A stretch of 63,742 nucleotides of DNA, the filler included, from Stramenopiles sp. TOSAG23-2 (Eukaryota): the NCBI GenBank assembly GCA_900128395.1. It is 22 parts of 22 records of this genome, joined end to end, with 100 filler letters (N's around TTAATTAATTAA, not from the genome) between each part and the next. Parts side by side here need not be neighbours in the genome. Positions count along the whole stretch, not along the records: positions 12,035 to 14,936 come from LT651472.1; positions 15,037 to 17,936 come from LT651473.1; positions 18,037 to 20,928 come from LT651474.1; positions 21,029 to 23,919 come from LT651475.1; 18 more parts are not named here. One strand, 5' to 3'. The notes under the pieces were generated by a model. That model ran no database searches. It was given only the letters and a program-made list of their open reading frames with translations, and had not been told where the DNA came from. Shown here in pieces: positions 11,935 through 23,294 of the stretch (positions are counted from its first letter, which is position 1; the number at the start of each line of letters is the position of its first letter). The position numbers and the translations under genes were made by a program.

Positions 11935-12034
11935 NNNNNNNNNNNNNNNNNNNNNNNNNNNNNNNNNNNNNNNNNNNNTTAATTAATTAANNNNNNNNNN
12001 NNNNNNNNNNNNNNNNNNNNNNNNNNNNNNNNNN

Positions 12035-12102
12035 CCAATTGATCGTTTAATATTTTCTTTCCATGTTTGATAATAATTTATTTTCTTCGTTAAACTTGCC
12101 AT
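12035..12102 (-). CDS. 5' end of an unknown gene (MASLTKKINYYQTWKENIKRSI...)
   Basis: ATG in ACAAATGG context, open to the contig edge, divergent from the ATG at 12684. Confidence 0.4.
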
Positions 12103-12697
12103 TTGTTCTAAATTAAAATAATTATATTATTATTATATAATTATTAATAAGATGATTTCCAATATTTACAATAATAATTTTTTTTTTTCCTCTTGTTGTA
12201 TATCCAGGCTCCGTGGATATATATAAATATTTTTATTATTACAATATGTATCAATGTTAATTGCAATAAAATAAATCGGTTACGGTATAGATAAATTATG
12301 CTGTTTCTACTCGCATACATACACCACATTCAAGAAGACTAGTATAGTTATTGATCGATCATCAAACAACAAAAATTTTTTGCACATCATTTTTTTTTGG
12401 GGTACACACAGGTGATAGTTGTGTTTTATTGTATACTAATATAGTCCCTGTTGTGTATATGTTAAATGGAAATATAAGTTGTACTTAATAAAAAGATCTC
12501 ACGGCTTTTAACATCAAAAAAAGGGACGAAAAGTATTTATTATATTTGTTCGATTTGATTTGACTTTTGTTCATCAAGGTGTACACCACAAATAATTTAC
12601 ATTGGACATAAAATATATATATAGAGAAACAATTAGAAAAAATAGAAAAAAATACAAAATTAAAAGCAACAGAAACATCCACGATGAATCTCACAGT

Positions 12698-12854
12698 CGA
12701 TGGTAATAACAACATGATGCAATATTACGATGAAATATTGGCATCGTATCGTAATACGAATACAACAAGTGTACATGTTAATGATCATGTTCGTAAATCA
12801 ACAACCATTAATAATAATAATAATAATAACAACAACAACAACAACAACAATAAT
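12698..12854. repeat. 157-bp exact inverted copy of 14780-14936 (mis-join at an AAT/AAC microsatellite)
   Basis: Both copies encode MMQYYDEILASYRNTNTTSVHVNDHVRKSTTINNNN on opposite strands. Identity ends inside the poly-Asn tract. Confidence 0.95.
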
Positions 12855-12998
12855 ACTAGTGGCTATGGGCACCTCTCATTACAATCCATGGATTCAGAGG
12901 ATTTAGATCATTTCGTAGATGATGTTGATGGCGGTGATGAGGATGATGGGAATGTAGAGATTGAAATGGTAAATGGGGATGTAAGAAGCAATGTATAA
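12855..12998 (+). CDS. Acidic C-terminus of an unknown gene convergent on the SMYD gene
   Basis: TSGYGHLSLQSMDSEDLDHFVDDVDGGDEDD...RSNV* follows the inverted-repeat junction. Confidence 0.45.
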   Translation, partial: TSGYGHLSLQSMDSEDLDHFVDDVDGGDEDDGNVEIEMVNGDVRSNV

Positions 12999-13174
12999 GA
13001 AGTTTTGAAAGGAATGAGGGAATGATATATATATATGTATATTTAAATATACGAATCGTATTTTTTTAAAAAAAAATTTTACCTTCGTAAAATTTATGTT
13101 CGTAGATTAACGCGGCAACCATTTTTTAGATCACTGTCTTCACCTTCTTTATTTTTACCCTGTGCCTTTGCGCT

Positions 13175-14936
13175 TTACTCTCTCCTCTCTCCACTCTCTA
13201 CTTTACATTTATTACATTGGCAAACAAAACCATAATCACGCAATTTAAATTGACGTTCTTCATATGGCAAATTACAATCGATGTATGAAAATGATAATTC
13301 TTCTCCAATTTCAATTGGTCGAACTGCTTTTACATTTGCTTTTAAAGGTTCATTTGGATCATCATCCCATTCTATAACTATATTTGGATCACAGGAATGA
13401 TTCATGCAACAAATGATAGTAAAAAGTGCTGTCCCATCTAATGGTGGAAAATATGATTTTAAATCTCCGATTGATAATGTATTTGCTGCAAAATCCTCTT
13501 CTGTTCCAGGCACAGGTATGATTGGTATCAATTCTGATATATCTACTATATTACTATTATCGTTACTGTTTGTATTTCCATTATCTGTAGTAGTAGTATT
13601 AGAATCGTTACCTTCTTTACGTTCATCATCGTTTTCTGGTCCTTCAATTTGTTCGTCTTGCTCCTCACCATCTTCATGCTCCTCTCCATTCCATATTCCA
13701 TATTGTTCAATCTCCTCTAATATTGGTTCAATCGTTTCAAATATTTCAGGATCCAACATGATTTCATCCTCGTCATCAGCATCATCAACAATATTATTAT
13801 TTCCTATTACTTCGTCATTATCATTATTATTTGATCCTTCTGCCTCATCAGTATTATCATTCGATAACATTATTTCTTGTTGTTTTTGTATTAAATCTTT
13901 CACAATTGGTGATGTTTTTCGTACACCTAAGTTATTTTGTTCAAACATACCAATAATACAACCATAATATTCTATATTAAATAAAGAATCAAATATATTT
14001 TCCGTTATAATAATTGCATCTTGCTCCTTATCGTATCTCCTCTGTGTTTCCTCTTTTTCTATGTATAAAATAGCTTTCTTTAATAATGTAAAACTTTCCA
14101 ATGATAAATTATATACAGTTGTTGCTAATGTTTCTTTCTCTTTTAAATTGGAAGTATCTTCTGGCCATACTATTTCCCACCATGGTTTTGCATGGAAACG
14201 TTTATAATCATTCTTTGCAAGTTTTATTATAACATCGTTGTCATCATGACCGCTTTCCTTCATCGTACTATGATTACGATAACTAGTTTTATATTTTTGA
14301 ATAATTTGACAAATCACTTGAAAAGCTAATAAAAATATTTCATTTGTCTGAATTGCATGTATTTTAAAATGAAATAATGGATGATCTGTATCATCTATAG
14401 GCCCTGTACATTGTATCATATGTCCATTGATATTGATATCATCGTTTAAGCATTTAGTGGAACAATATATTTCCCCACAATTGCGTTTACAACATATGAT
14501 ACTAGTCTTATTCGTATCAATAAAATCTTGACGTGATATACGTTTTGCTAATAAATTCATTTGTTGTTCAATAGTTCCAACATGTTTTTTACAATAATGA
14601 CAAATAGCAACATCTTGTTTATTTTCTAAAGCTTGTAAACATACTATTGGCCTTTCCTTGTATACAATTTCATTTGCTGTTATTGGTTGTGTTGCTAATA
14701 CATATTTTCCTTTATCTGTTGTTGGTGGTTGTATTTTAAAGGATGGTAATTTACAATTTTTTTCTGGTATTGATGATGGATTATTGTTGTTGTTGTTGTT
14801 GTTGTTATTATTATTATTATTATTAATGGTTGTTGATTTACGAACATGATCATTAACATGTACACTTGTTGTATTCGTATTACGATACGATGCCAATATT
14901 TCATCGTAATATTGCATCATGTTGTTATTACCATCG
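13175..14936 (-). CDS. SET and MYND-type lysine methyltransferase (SMYD5-like)
   Basis: KGKYVLA (SET-N), CHYC...CGEIYCSTKC zinc finger, MNHSCDPN, ELSFSY and post-SET YGFVCQCNKC, with an acidic insert. The true start is probably the ATG seen at 12684 on the inverted copy. Confidence 0.85.
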
Positions 14937-15296
14937 NNNNNNNNNNNNNNNNNNNNNNNNNNNNNNNNNNNNNNNNNNNNTTAATTAATTAANNNNNNNN
15001 NNNNNNNNNNNNNNNNNNNNNNNNNNNNNNNNNNNNCTCTTTTTTTAAATGTCTCGAACATTCTTCTCCAACTGATTTATCTTTTGTTGTATTATCTAGC
15101 TCTACTCTTACAGTACCAGGTATATATAGTGCTATATTATAAAAAATATTAGATCTGCAATATAATATCATTTATACTATTACTAAAACAAAAAAGAAAG
15201 AATTAAAATAGATATAGATCGACAGACAAATAGATAGATAGATAGATATAATCAACAAAATAAAAATTACAGTAGAGTGTGCAAGTGAAGAATACC

Positions 15297-17309
15297 ATGA
15301 AAAAATATAGAACATTTCAAGATTGTGCAAGGGTATATGTGAAAGTGCCGCACAGCTATGTCAATCGACAATTTGAAAATAATAAACAAATTATGAAAAG
15401 AATTCATGATATTATATTATATAAGATTTTTAATGTAAATGATACGTTTCAATTAACACCAAGATCTCACCAAAGGGATGACAATATAAACAGCAGCAAT
15501 GATGTGATATGCTATGTTGAAAATGCATATCCTCAGAATGTACCAATACGAATAATGGATACAACTATGATTTTGTTGTCGCACTATAATGATAATAAAG
15601 TGGAAATAACATCTTCTTCCATCAGTAATAATAATAATAATGTAAATCAGAACAATACAATAACTATATCTGCTAATAATAAACAAGAAACTTATAACAC
15701 AAAATATATTGATGCTATCACAGAATTATTACAAATTAAAATTAAATTCAAGTCCTTTTTAAAAGAACATAAAAAAATAAAGTTACCAACAGGAGTTTTG
15801 TTATGTGGTCCACCTGGTGTTGGAAAAACATGGTCTGTAAAAAAATCAATAGAAAAATGTAATTTACTATATAATAATAAAGCATTTTTTAAAATGTTTT
15901 CTATCGATGGGACTGATATCTTTAAATTATCAAAATCATCTGGTGAAGGTGAAGCCAAGTTACGTTCAGTATTTGATATGGCACAATCACATGCATTTAG
16001 TAACAATTATTATGAAACTGTGTCTATTATATTTATCGATGAAATTGATGTTTTATGTCCACATCGTGGAGAAGGCAATTCTACTTCTACACGCTTTGTT
16101 GCACAGTTGTTGACATTGATGGATGGTGTACAAAGTAAAAAAAATAATAGTAACAATTTATCTTCTAGTACCACCGGGAGTGTATATGTCTTTGGTGCTA
16201 CTAATCGCCCTGATGATATAGATGAAGCATTGAGAAGACCTGGACGTTTTGACCGTGAAATTTCTTTCAAACCACCAACATTAAATGAAAAAGTAAATAT
16301 ATTGAAATATCATTGCAACAAATTAAAAATGTCAAAGATGTTCAATTATAACGATATTGCAAAACTTGCAGTTGGTTTTACTGGTGCAGATTTGTCTGCT
16401 TTGTGTCGTGAAGCGGCATTGAAAGCAGTATTATCAAGTACAGCAATTGAAGAAAATCATTTTGTCGAAGCATTAAAGTCAATCACTCCATCCATGACTC
16501 GTGGTGAACATTTTTATTCATCTCTAGGAAAATTGAAATTATCATGGGATGATATTGGTGGATTAGATGATGTAAAGCAACAAGTGAAGCGGGCTATTGA
16601 ATGGCCATTTTCACATCACAATGCATTGAAAAGAATGGGCATTAAGCCACCAAAAGGATTAATATTATATGGTCCTCCTGGATGTGCCAAGACAACAATT
16701 GCTCGTATTGCTGCAAGTGTATCAAATGCATCTTTTATAACATTGTCAGGGGGGGATATGTACTCTGCATTTGTTGGTGAATCAGAACGGTTAATACGTA
16801 TGACATTTCATAGAGCCAGACAAGCATTGCCTGCAATTATATTCTTAGATGAAATAGATGCTATTGTTGGGAAACGTGAATTTAATGCTGGTGGTAATAA
16901 TGGTGGTGAGGATGAAGTGCAGACAAGAATATTATCAACATTGTTAAATGAGATGGATGGCATTAGTGAAAATAATCAATTGCTAATAATAGCTGCAACA
17001 AATCGAATTGACATGGTTGATCCAGCCCTTTTACGCCCAGGAAGATTTGACCAACATATCCACATACATTTGCCAAATCCATCCGAAAGGGGCAAGATAA
17101 TGAAATCTTTATGTCGAAAAATGAAATTTTATGAAGGAGAGAAGGACGATATAGAAGAAGATGAAACAGATGGGAAAATAAAATTGAACAAAGAGGATTT
17201 AGTTCAGTTTGCAATCAGTGATGCATGTGATGGGTATAGTGGAGCAGATTTAAAAAACTTCTTGCATCAAAAAATTATGGAAGAAATGAAAAGAAAGATC
17301 CGAGGATAA
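15297..17309 (+). CDS. CDC48-family double-ring AAA+ ATPase, AFG2B/SPATA5L1-like
   Basis: D1 GPPGVGKT/IIFIDEID/ALRRPGRFDRE and D2 GPPGCAKT/IIFLDEID/ALLRPGRFD. This Walker A pair matches SPATA5L1/CDC48B. Confidence 0.88.
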   Translation: MKKYRTFQDCARVYVKVPHSYVNRQFENNKQIMKRIHDIILYKIFNVNDTFQLTPRSHQRDDNINSSNDVICYVENAYPQNVPIRIMDTTMILLSHYNDNKVEITSSSISNNNNNVNQNNTITISANNKQETYNTKYIDAITELLQIKIKFKSFLKEHKKIKLPTGVLLCGPPGVGKTWSVKKSIEKCNLLYNNKAFFKMFSIDGTDIFKLSKSSGEGEAKLRSVFDMAQSHAFSNNYYETVSIIFIDEIDVLCPHRGEGNSTSTRFVAQLLTLMDGVQSKKNNSNNLSSSTTGSVYVFGATNRPDDIDEALRRPGRFDREISFKPPTLNEKVNILKYHCNKLKMSKMFNYNDIAKLAVGFTGADLSALCREAALKAVLSSTAIEENHFVEALKSITPSMTRGEHFYSSLGKLKLSWDDIGGLDDVKQQVKRAIEWPFSHHNALKRMGIKPPKGLILYGPPGCAKTTIARIAASVSNASFITLSGGDMYSAFVGESERLIRMTFHRARQALPAIIFLDEIDAIVGKREFNAGGNNGGEDEVQTRILSTLLNEMDGISENNQLLIIAATNRIDMVDPALLRPGRFDQHIHIHLPNPSERGKIMKSLCRKMKFYEGEKDDIEEDETDGKIKLNKEDLVQFAISDACDGYSGADLKNFLHQKIMEEMKRKIRG

Positions 17310-17341
17310 AAAATTGAATTCATTTACAAAAATACTTAAAA

Positions 17342-17512
17342 AATAAAAATATATTAAATCTTGGAAATCATAATTTAAATTATCCCAAACTCATTGAAGT
17401 GGATAGTTACTTCGAGGCTGCAGGCTTAATTCTTGCTCTTAGACAGGGAATTAATCTAAAATCAATTAAAAGACCGTTGAATAAAGTCCAAGAATTAAAT
17501 TTTAAGAAATAG
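17342..17512 (+). CDS. C-terminal fragment of a cyanobacterial DUF3326-like protein
   Basis: NKNILNLGNHNLNYPKLIEVDSYFEAAGLILALRQGINLKSIKRPLNKVQELNFKK*, not in the ORF track. Its stop is 5 bp from the convergent nadE stop, which is bacterial packing. Family call from memory. Confidence 0.6.
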   Translation, partial: NKNILNLGNHNLNYPKLIEVDSYFEAAGLILALRQGINLKSIKRPLNKVQELNFKK

Positions 17513-17517
17513 CTTTT

Positions 17518-17936
17518 TTAATTAGAGATTGCAATTGGTACTCTCCAGTCACTACCAAGTGATTGACTACTTAGTTTTAGTATTGGAGGAGCTTGCTTTC
17601 TTTTGAATTCGGCTTTTTTAATAAGTGTAATTATTTTTAAAATTTGTTCTTTGGTATGACCATCTTGTTCAAGAAGTTGTAAATCTTTTTTTTCTTCAAT
17701 AATTCCCTTCAGAATTTTATCCAATAAAGAGTATGGAGGTAGTGAATCAGTATCAAGTTGATCAGGACCAAGTTCAGCGCTTGGAGGCTTATTGCAGATT
17801 TGATCGCCTATTATTTTGACTTTGGTATCTAATTTATATGCTTTTCTATGTTCTATTGAATCTTTACTATCAAGCCATCTACACAATTTAAAAACGTTAT
17901 TTTTATATAAATCACCTATTACAGATGATCCTCCAT
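17518..17936 (-). CDS. nadE: Bacterial NAD+ synthetase C-terminus, Prochlorococcus-like (5' partial)
   Basis: GGSSVIGDLYKNNVFKLCRWLD...KPPSAELGPDQLDTDSLPPYSLLDKIL...KAEFKRKQAPPILKLS...WRVPIA. Open to the contig edge. Confidence 0.92.
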
Positions 17937-18036
17937 NNNNNNNNNNNNNNNNNNNNNNNNNNNNNNNNNNNNNNNNNNNNTTAATTAATTAANNNNNNNN
18001 NNNNNNNNNNNNNNNNNNNNNNNNNNNNNNNNNNNN

Positions 18037-20928
18037 TTGTCTTGATTCCTCTAACGATTGGGGGGTTTTCCGTATCTTATTTTTGTTGTTGTTCTTATTA
18101 GAATTGTAAAAATTGTTTAAGGCTTTCAATATACCATTTTGTTGCTTTTGAAAACAGAAATCACTGCCAATAATTCCTGTAGAATGTGCTACGTACAAAT
18201 CGATTGGGTTGTATAAAATATGGTCATATTGTGGATCAATGTATAGCAAAAGTGTCTTTTTTTCAAAAGAGATAGCGCCATACAGTTCCTTCCAGATACC
18301 AGTTATTGATGTTACCATTTGATCTAATACAATTATAACTGATTCTAACTGTAAACCAATGTGCTTTAGTTCAACTCTCAATTTGTTAATAGCATTTTCA
18401 CTGTAATCATCGACATAAAAACAGTTTACATTTTGCATTCGTTTATACCTATATTGCTCACAAAAAACTGAGCGAACATCAATCTCATTTTGTAAGTATT
18501 TCATCTCTCTTTTTCGAAGTGCAATAATTTTCTTCAGCTTCTTAATTTCAAATATATATATGTCTTTTTCAATTGAAACACTTGTACTACTGTCAATTGT
18601 TAGATCTACTTTTCCTAACATTATGTTCAATTTTCTCCTTACGGCACGTAAAAACGAAATTTCTCCAATACCATTATTCATCACATGATGAATGGTAGTA
18701 CTAATATATTCTTTCAATTTCTCTAAACTAATTTTTACAGAACTATTGTTAGAATTGCTGCAAAATGATTGTAACCAGTCTAGTTGTAACAATGCTGGAT
18801 CGTATACAGTAAATAACTTATCAGAATCACCAAAGATCGTGATATTTTGTATTGTAAGTTCTTCCTTGTCGAAGGTGATGTCATTGATAATGTATCGATT
18901 TGTCTTTTGATCAGACAGTGTCTTATACCAGACACTGTCACCAATGGCAAACTCACGCATACTTAAAGCAACAGTGAATTCGTACAAGATGTTACCATGC
19001 AGTTCGTTTAGCTCTTGCAGCGTACCCTTTGAAAACTCTAGTATTTTGTCATTTGTAAAAGAAATATTTACATTTCTAGTATTTATTGCCTCTACAGCTG
19101 TTTTAATATTAAATATCTCATGACGAACAGCATCCTTTTGCTTCCTATTTGATTCAATGATTTGAACATGTTTTTGATATATAGTATCAAACTGTTGCAT
19201 TAAAGTTTGTAAATTGGATGCAGTCTTACTCATCTTTATGTCATTGTCTTGAGTTGTTATGATTGTCAATGCACTAGATTTCGATATAAAAGGTTGTGCA
19301 TGGATATCTAAGCAACCATTTTGCTTTTTGTCCACATCACAAGTACTGTCATTATCGGCATTATCATTGATATCGAAAGGTTTTGAATTACATACATTGC
19401 TAGTAGAATCAACCATCATTGATATATCCGGGGGATCTTCTAGTTTTCTAGATAAAAGTGAATAATGTATTCCATTGTAATGGTAATAAAAAACATTTTT
19501 ATCGTAACTTGGTGCAATTTGGGAACGCAAAAACGTTTTTTCTGTATAAATTTCCCACATGTTATCCCTAGCATTAAACACAACAATTCCTATCAGCCCT
19601 TCCATCGCTGCTACTATCAATTTTAATTCTTCGTCCTGTTGTATTTGCATATTACGCCTTGTCTTGGTTAGAACGTGCACGGAAAGATATTTCAAGCGTA
19701 AATAGAAGAAGAAGTCATAATGATAGATAGAAGTCACTTACATTTCCCCAGGCACCCCCTTTTAATGCTTGCTGCCGTCCTTTATAACTTCGCCTGGCAG
19801 TTTCAATTGCATATGTATATGCAGAGACATTATTGGAATACCGTTGGTCGTTTTTATCGATAGCAAATCGCGTGTATTTAATGTTTTCCAAATTGTCTAA
19901 AAATAAGATAATATTTTGACGTAATATTTCACCATAAATTGGGTCGGCGCTATAGCTAACATTAAATTTAGACTTAAACGTATCTTGTACCACCTTTGAT
20001 TTGCTTTTTAAATTTTGCACAGTTGCAGTAAATAAACAATTAAAAAGTTGTGCAGAAGTAAAACGTTTGATTAAAAGAGTGCCATCACTTAAAGAAAATT
20101 TGTAAATATTACGATCAACTGTTAAAGCATCTGGTAATGTACTTTTTGACTTGTTTTTTATCGTAGACATTGCCATGTCATAAATATCAATCGATAGTCT
20201 TGTCATTTTCTGTAAATTAGCTTTTTTTAAAAGTAAATTAATTCGGTTGACTATGTGTAAAATGGCACCTGATAAAGCTTTCTTAATTGATGTCGATTTA
20301 CTAATTCCATTAACTTTAAACGCTTTTAAGTTTCCATTGGATGCAATTTCAATTAATCGTTTTCTCTCCATTCTCTCAATGATAATATCTTGTAGTCTTG
20401 AATTTTGTAAAAAATTATACAATTCAACAGGAAAGTAATGGTCCGCTAACATTAGTTGCAGTGTATCATTGTTGTTTATATTACATAGAATCCCATCAAC
20501 AATAGTGTTAAAATTTTTAATATTGTATTCGACAATAGCTAGTTGTAACGAATTATATACATTTTGGTTAGCAAACCTTTTTATCTCTGCCTCTGATTGG
20601 AAAACCCTTACTAGATGTAAAGACGGAAATTTCATGTAGCGAAGAAAAACCTTTATATTTTCTACTTCTGGAGTGGTTAGCTTCTTCAAAATACTTTTTA
20701 TGTTTGTAAATAAAGAAGTATTGGAGCCATCACACTTTAAAATGAACCCATAAACATTTATGTTTATCTCCTCATCGTTAGGAAATGATAACATTGCTAA
20801 TATAAGCTGGGGAAGGGCATCAGTAACAAATGTTTGCTCATATTTATTCCAATCTACATAGTGTTTTAGTAAGCAACAACAAAAATAAGATACGGAAAAC
20901 CCCCCAATCGTTAGAGGAATCAAGACAA
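18037..20928 (-). CDS. Large protein with a central OTU-like cysteine protease domain (partial at both ends; intron 19741-19636)
   Basis: The spliced product reads NCLFTA...LRQNII...GAWGN/DEELKLIVAA...IVVF...YYHYNGIHYSLL, i.e. the OTU Cys box, WG box and His box. ARM-like LPQLILAMLSFPNDEEI lies upstream and coiled coils downstream. Confidence 0.75.
19636..19741 (-). other. 106-nt spliceosomal intron inside the OTU domain
   Basis: GTAAGT donor, TTCTAAC branch box, CAACAG acceptor. A phase-0 join links ORFs 19715..20923 and 17989..19737. Confidence 0.85.
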
Positions 20929-21305
20929 NNNNNNNNNNNNNNNNNNNNNNNNNNNNNNNNNNNNNNNNNNNNTTAATTAATTAANNNNNNNNNNNNNNNN
21001 NNNNNNNNNNNNNNNNNNNNNNNNNNNNAAAAAAAAAAAAAAAAAAATTTGCCTCTTTGCACCTTTGTTGCCTTTCGTGCTTTCCAGCTTTCTTCGTCTT
21101 AGTCTGTGCCTCTCTTTTTTTATTTTTATTAATGTTAAAATTGAATGAATACAATTATTGAATGAAAGAGGAGCGAATCTATGATATTTTTCATCAATTC
21201 ATTCTTAATACATATATATATATATATTACCAAATTAATCATAGAAAGGACAATTATTACCATCTGGTGTACATATTTATATATACCAAGTATAATATAT
21301 ATATT

Positions 21306-23294
21306 ATGAAGAAGTATTTTAATTTGTTAGAGAAACAAATAATATTATCTTTTACTTTAGTGAAAATATTATTTTTCTTTGGTTTATTGTGCACTACCAT
21401 AACTTTAGCACAAACCCAGCAACAACGACAACAATCCAGTAATCTTGAGAAAGATCATGAAGAAATTGTAAAACGTTTACATGAAGCTCAAAATGTTATG
21501 TCCAAATATTATTATGAGGCATTGGGAAAGAGAACGAATGTATTTATTTGCGCACAAACTGAAGAGCAGTTACATGTTAGTCGTGTGGATGACGGCATAT
21601 GCGATTGTTGTGATGGTAGTGATGAACCGAATAAGGCTTGGTGTAAAAGTGCAACGCCATGTTTGTCATATGAAGATAAATTGAAACGATTAAAAGCATG
21701 GTTAATGAAAAAGAAAGGGACGAATATCGATGATGTAGAAGGTGCCATGTTTACAGTGAGTAATAATATCCAAACGAAGAATGATAAAAATAAGGAAGTC
21801 CAACATAATGGGATTAAAATATTGAAAAATGGTAATAGGGGCGATAAAATATTGTCCATACCATTGGGATTGATATTCACTGCAAAAATTGCAGAAGAAA
21901 GTGGTAAAGAGCAAGGGCGATTAATATCGATGTTAAGGCCATACTTAAGTAAACCATCATATGTAGCACTAGTTTTATTAAACGAAATGAATTTAGGTAC
22001 AGAAAGTAAATTTTTTCCATGGATATCAACCTTACCATTGTTTGTGAAAAATATTGTACACACAAAATCCGTAAATACATTTTTAACTGCTCAACAACCG
22101 GCGAGTTCATTGGTTATCGACATGTCCAATAATGTACAAGAAGCAGTATTTTCAGCATATAAAAGAATTCGCTTACATTTATTAGATAAGCACCCAAAAC
22201 TTTTTTCCAAATCTAAATATAGCATAGGCCGTTTTATACATGCATATACGATTGTTAATAGTCGTGCATTTTCTTTACAATTAAGTCCCCCAGCAGTTAC
22301 GAGTATGAACAACAACAACAACAACAATAATAATAAACAGAACGCAACACAAACACCAGAACCTGAAATTGGTCTAGTTCCATTTGCTGATTTTTTAAAC
22401 CATCATCATGAAGCAGTATCTCTTGATAAAGATGGCAATGCAATTGAACAATTTCAAGTTGATTTTGAAAACAATGTCATTAATTTTTATTTAGGGCAAG
22501 ATTATGCAAAAGATAATGAAATTTTTCTAAACTACGGTGCTGTATCATCCCCAGCTCCAGGGCATATAACAGACGGTGGAAGTGGTTCCAATGCACATAG
22601 CTTGCACCATTTTGGTTTTTTGAATCCAAACAACCCATTGGAAACTGTACATGTTAGTTTGGAATATGCATTACGTTACGATCAATCTAGTTGTGGTGGA
22701 GTAACAGAAACTGGAAATTTGGAAGAATGGAGAAAACAAGCATTGTTAAAAACTGATCTTGCACATGTGCATTATTTATCTTTTAAATTGGATGGTGACA
22801 TTTCAATGGATGATCGAAAAGCCTTACGACTATGGACAATATGCCCTGGACAAGCAGTGGAAATGGGCATGAAAGAAATTAGTAGCAAGATGGAGAGTGG
22901 AGAATTACTCGATGAAGCAAATGAAGTTGCAATTGATTGGATGATCATGCTATGCCTTGAACAAATTTTATTGGATCACAAAACAGGCCTCGAAGAAGAT
23001 GTAATTTTATTACAAAATGGTGCAGTTTCGCGATTAAAGCAACCAGATTATTTCAATTCGATATTATACATATCCACAGTTAAACGTATTTTACGAGCAG
23101 GTATCATAGGCGGTATGAAAAATCTATACGAAACTTATCGTCGGGCAGCTGCGAATTGGATGGAAGTTGAGGAAGGAAAAATTGCAATGGGAGCAAATAC
23201 GGAGAATGTTGATAATTATATGAAATGGATTGAAGAATTGAATGTATGGAGAAGTAAATATTTAATTTGGAAAAAACAAAATTATAAATATTGA
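21306..23294 (+). CDS. Signal peptide + PRKCSH-like Cys module + SETD3/Rubisco-LSMT-type SET methyltransferase
   Basis: Hydrophobic leader ending TLA-Q. VDDGICDCCDGSDE. SET motifs SKFFPWISTLP, VNSRAF, LVPFADFLNHH, EIFLNYG and SNAHSLHHFGF. Helical substrate-binding C-domain. Confidence 0.85.
   Translation: MKKYFNLLEKQIILSFTLVKILFFFGLLCTTITLAQTQQQRQQSSNLEKDHEEIVKRLHEAQNVMSKYYYEALGKRTNVFICAQTEEQLHVSRVDDGICDCCDGSDEPNKAWCKSATPCLSYEDKLKRLKAWLMKKKGTNIDDVEGAMFTVSNNIQTKNDKNKEVQHNGIKILKNGNRGDKILSIPLGLIFTAKIAEESGKEQGRLISMLRPYLSKPSYVALVLLNEMNLGTESKFFPWISTLPLFVKNIVHTKSVNTFLTAQQPASSLVIDMSNNVQEAVFSAYKRIRLHLLDKHPKLFSKSKYSIGRFIHAYTIVNSRAFSLQLSPPAVTSMNNNNNNNNNKQNATQTPEPEIGLVPFADFLNHHHEAVSLDKDGNAIEQFQVDFENNVINFYLGQDYAKDNEIFLNYGAVSSPAPGHITDGGSGSNAHSLHHFGFLNPNNPLETVHVSLEYALRYDQSSCGGVTETGNLEEWRKQALLKTDLAHVHYLSFKLDGDISMDDRKALRLWTICPGQAVEMGMKEISSKMESGELLDEANEVAIDWMIMLCLEQILLDHKTGLEEDVILLQNGAVSRLKQPDYFNSILYISTVKRILRAGIIGGMKNLYETYRRAAANWMEVEEGKIAMGANTENVDNYMKWIEELNVWRSKYLIWKKQNYKY

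Noticed and set aside
12684-12998. Independent 104-aa gene sharing its N-terminus with the SMYD protein
   Set aside because: Explained by a mis-join at the AAT/AAC microsatellite.
17518-17936. Functional horizontally acquired nadE in the host
   Set aside because: It retains bacterial gene packing with a decapitated neighbour, lies at a contig end, and the assembly shows other chimeras. Prey or contaminant DNA is more parsimonious.
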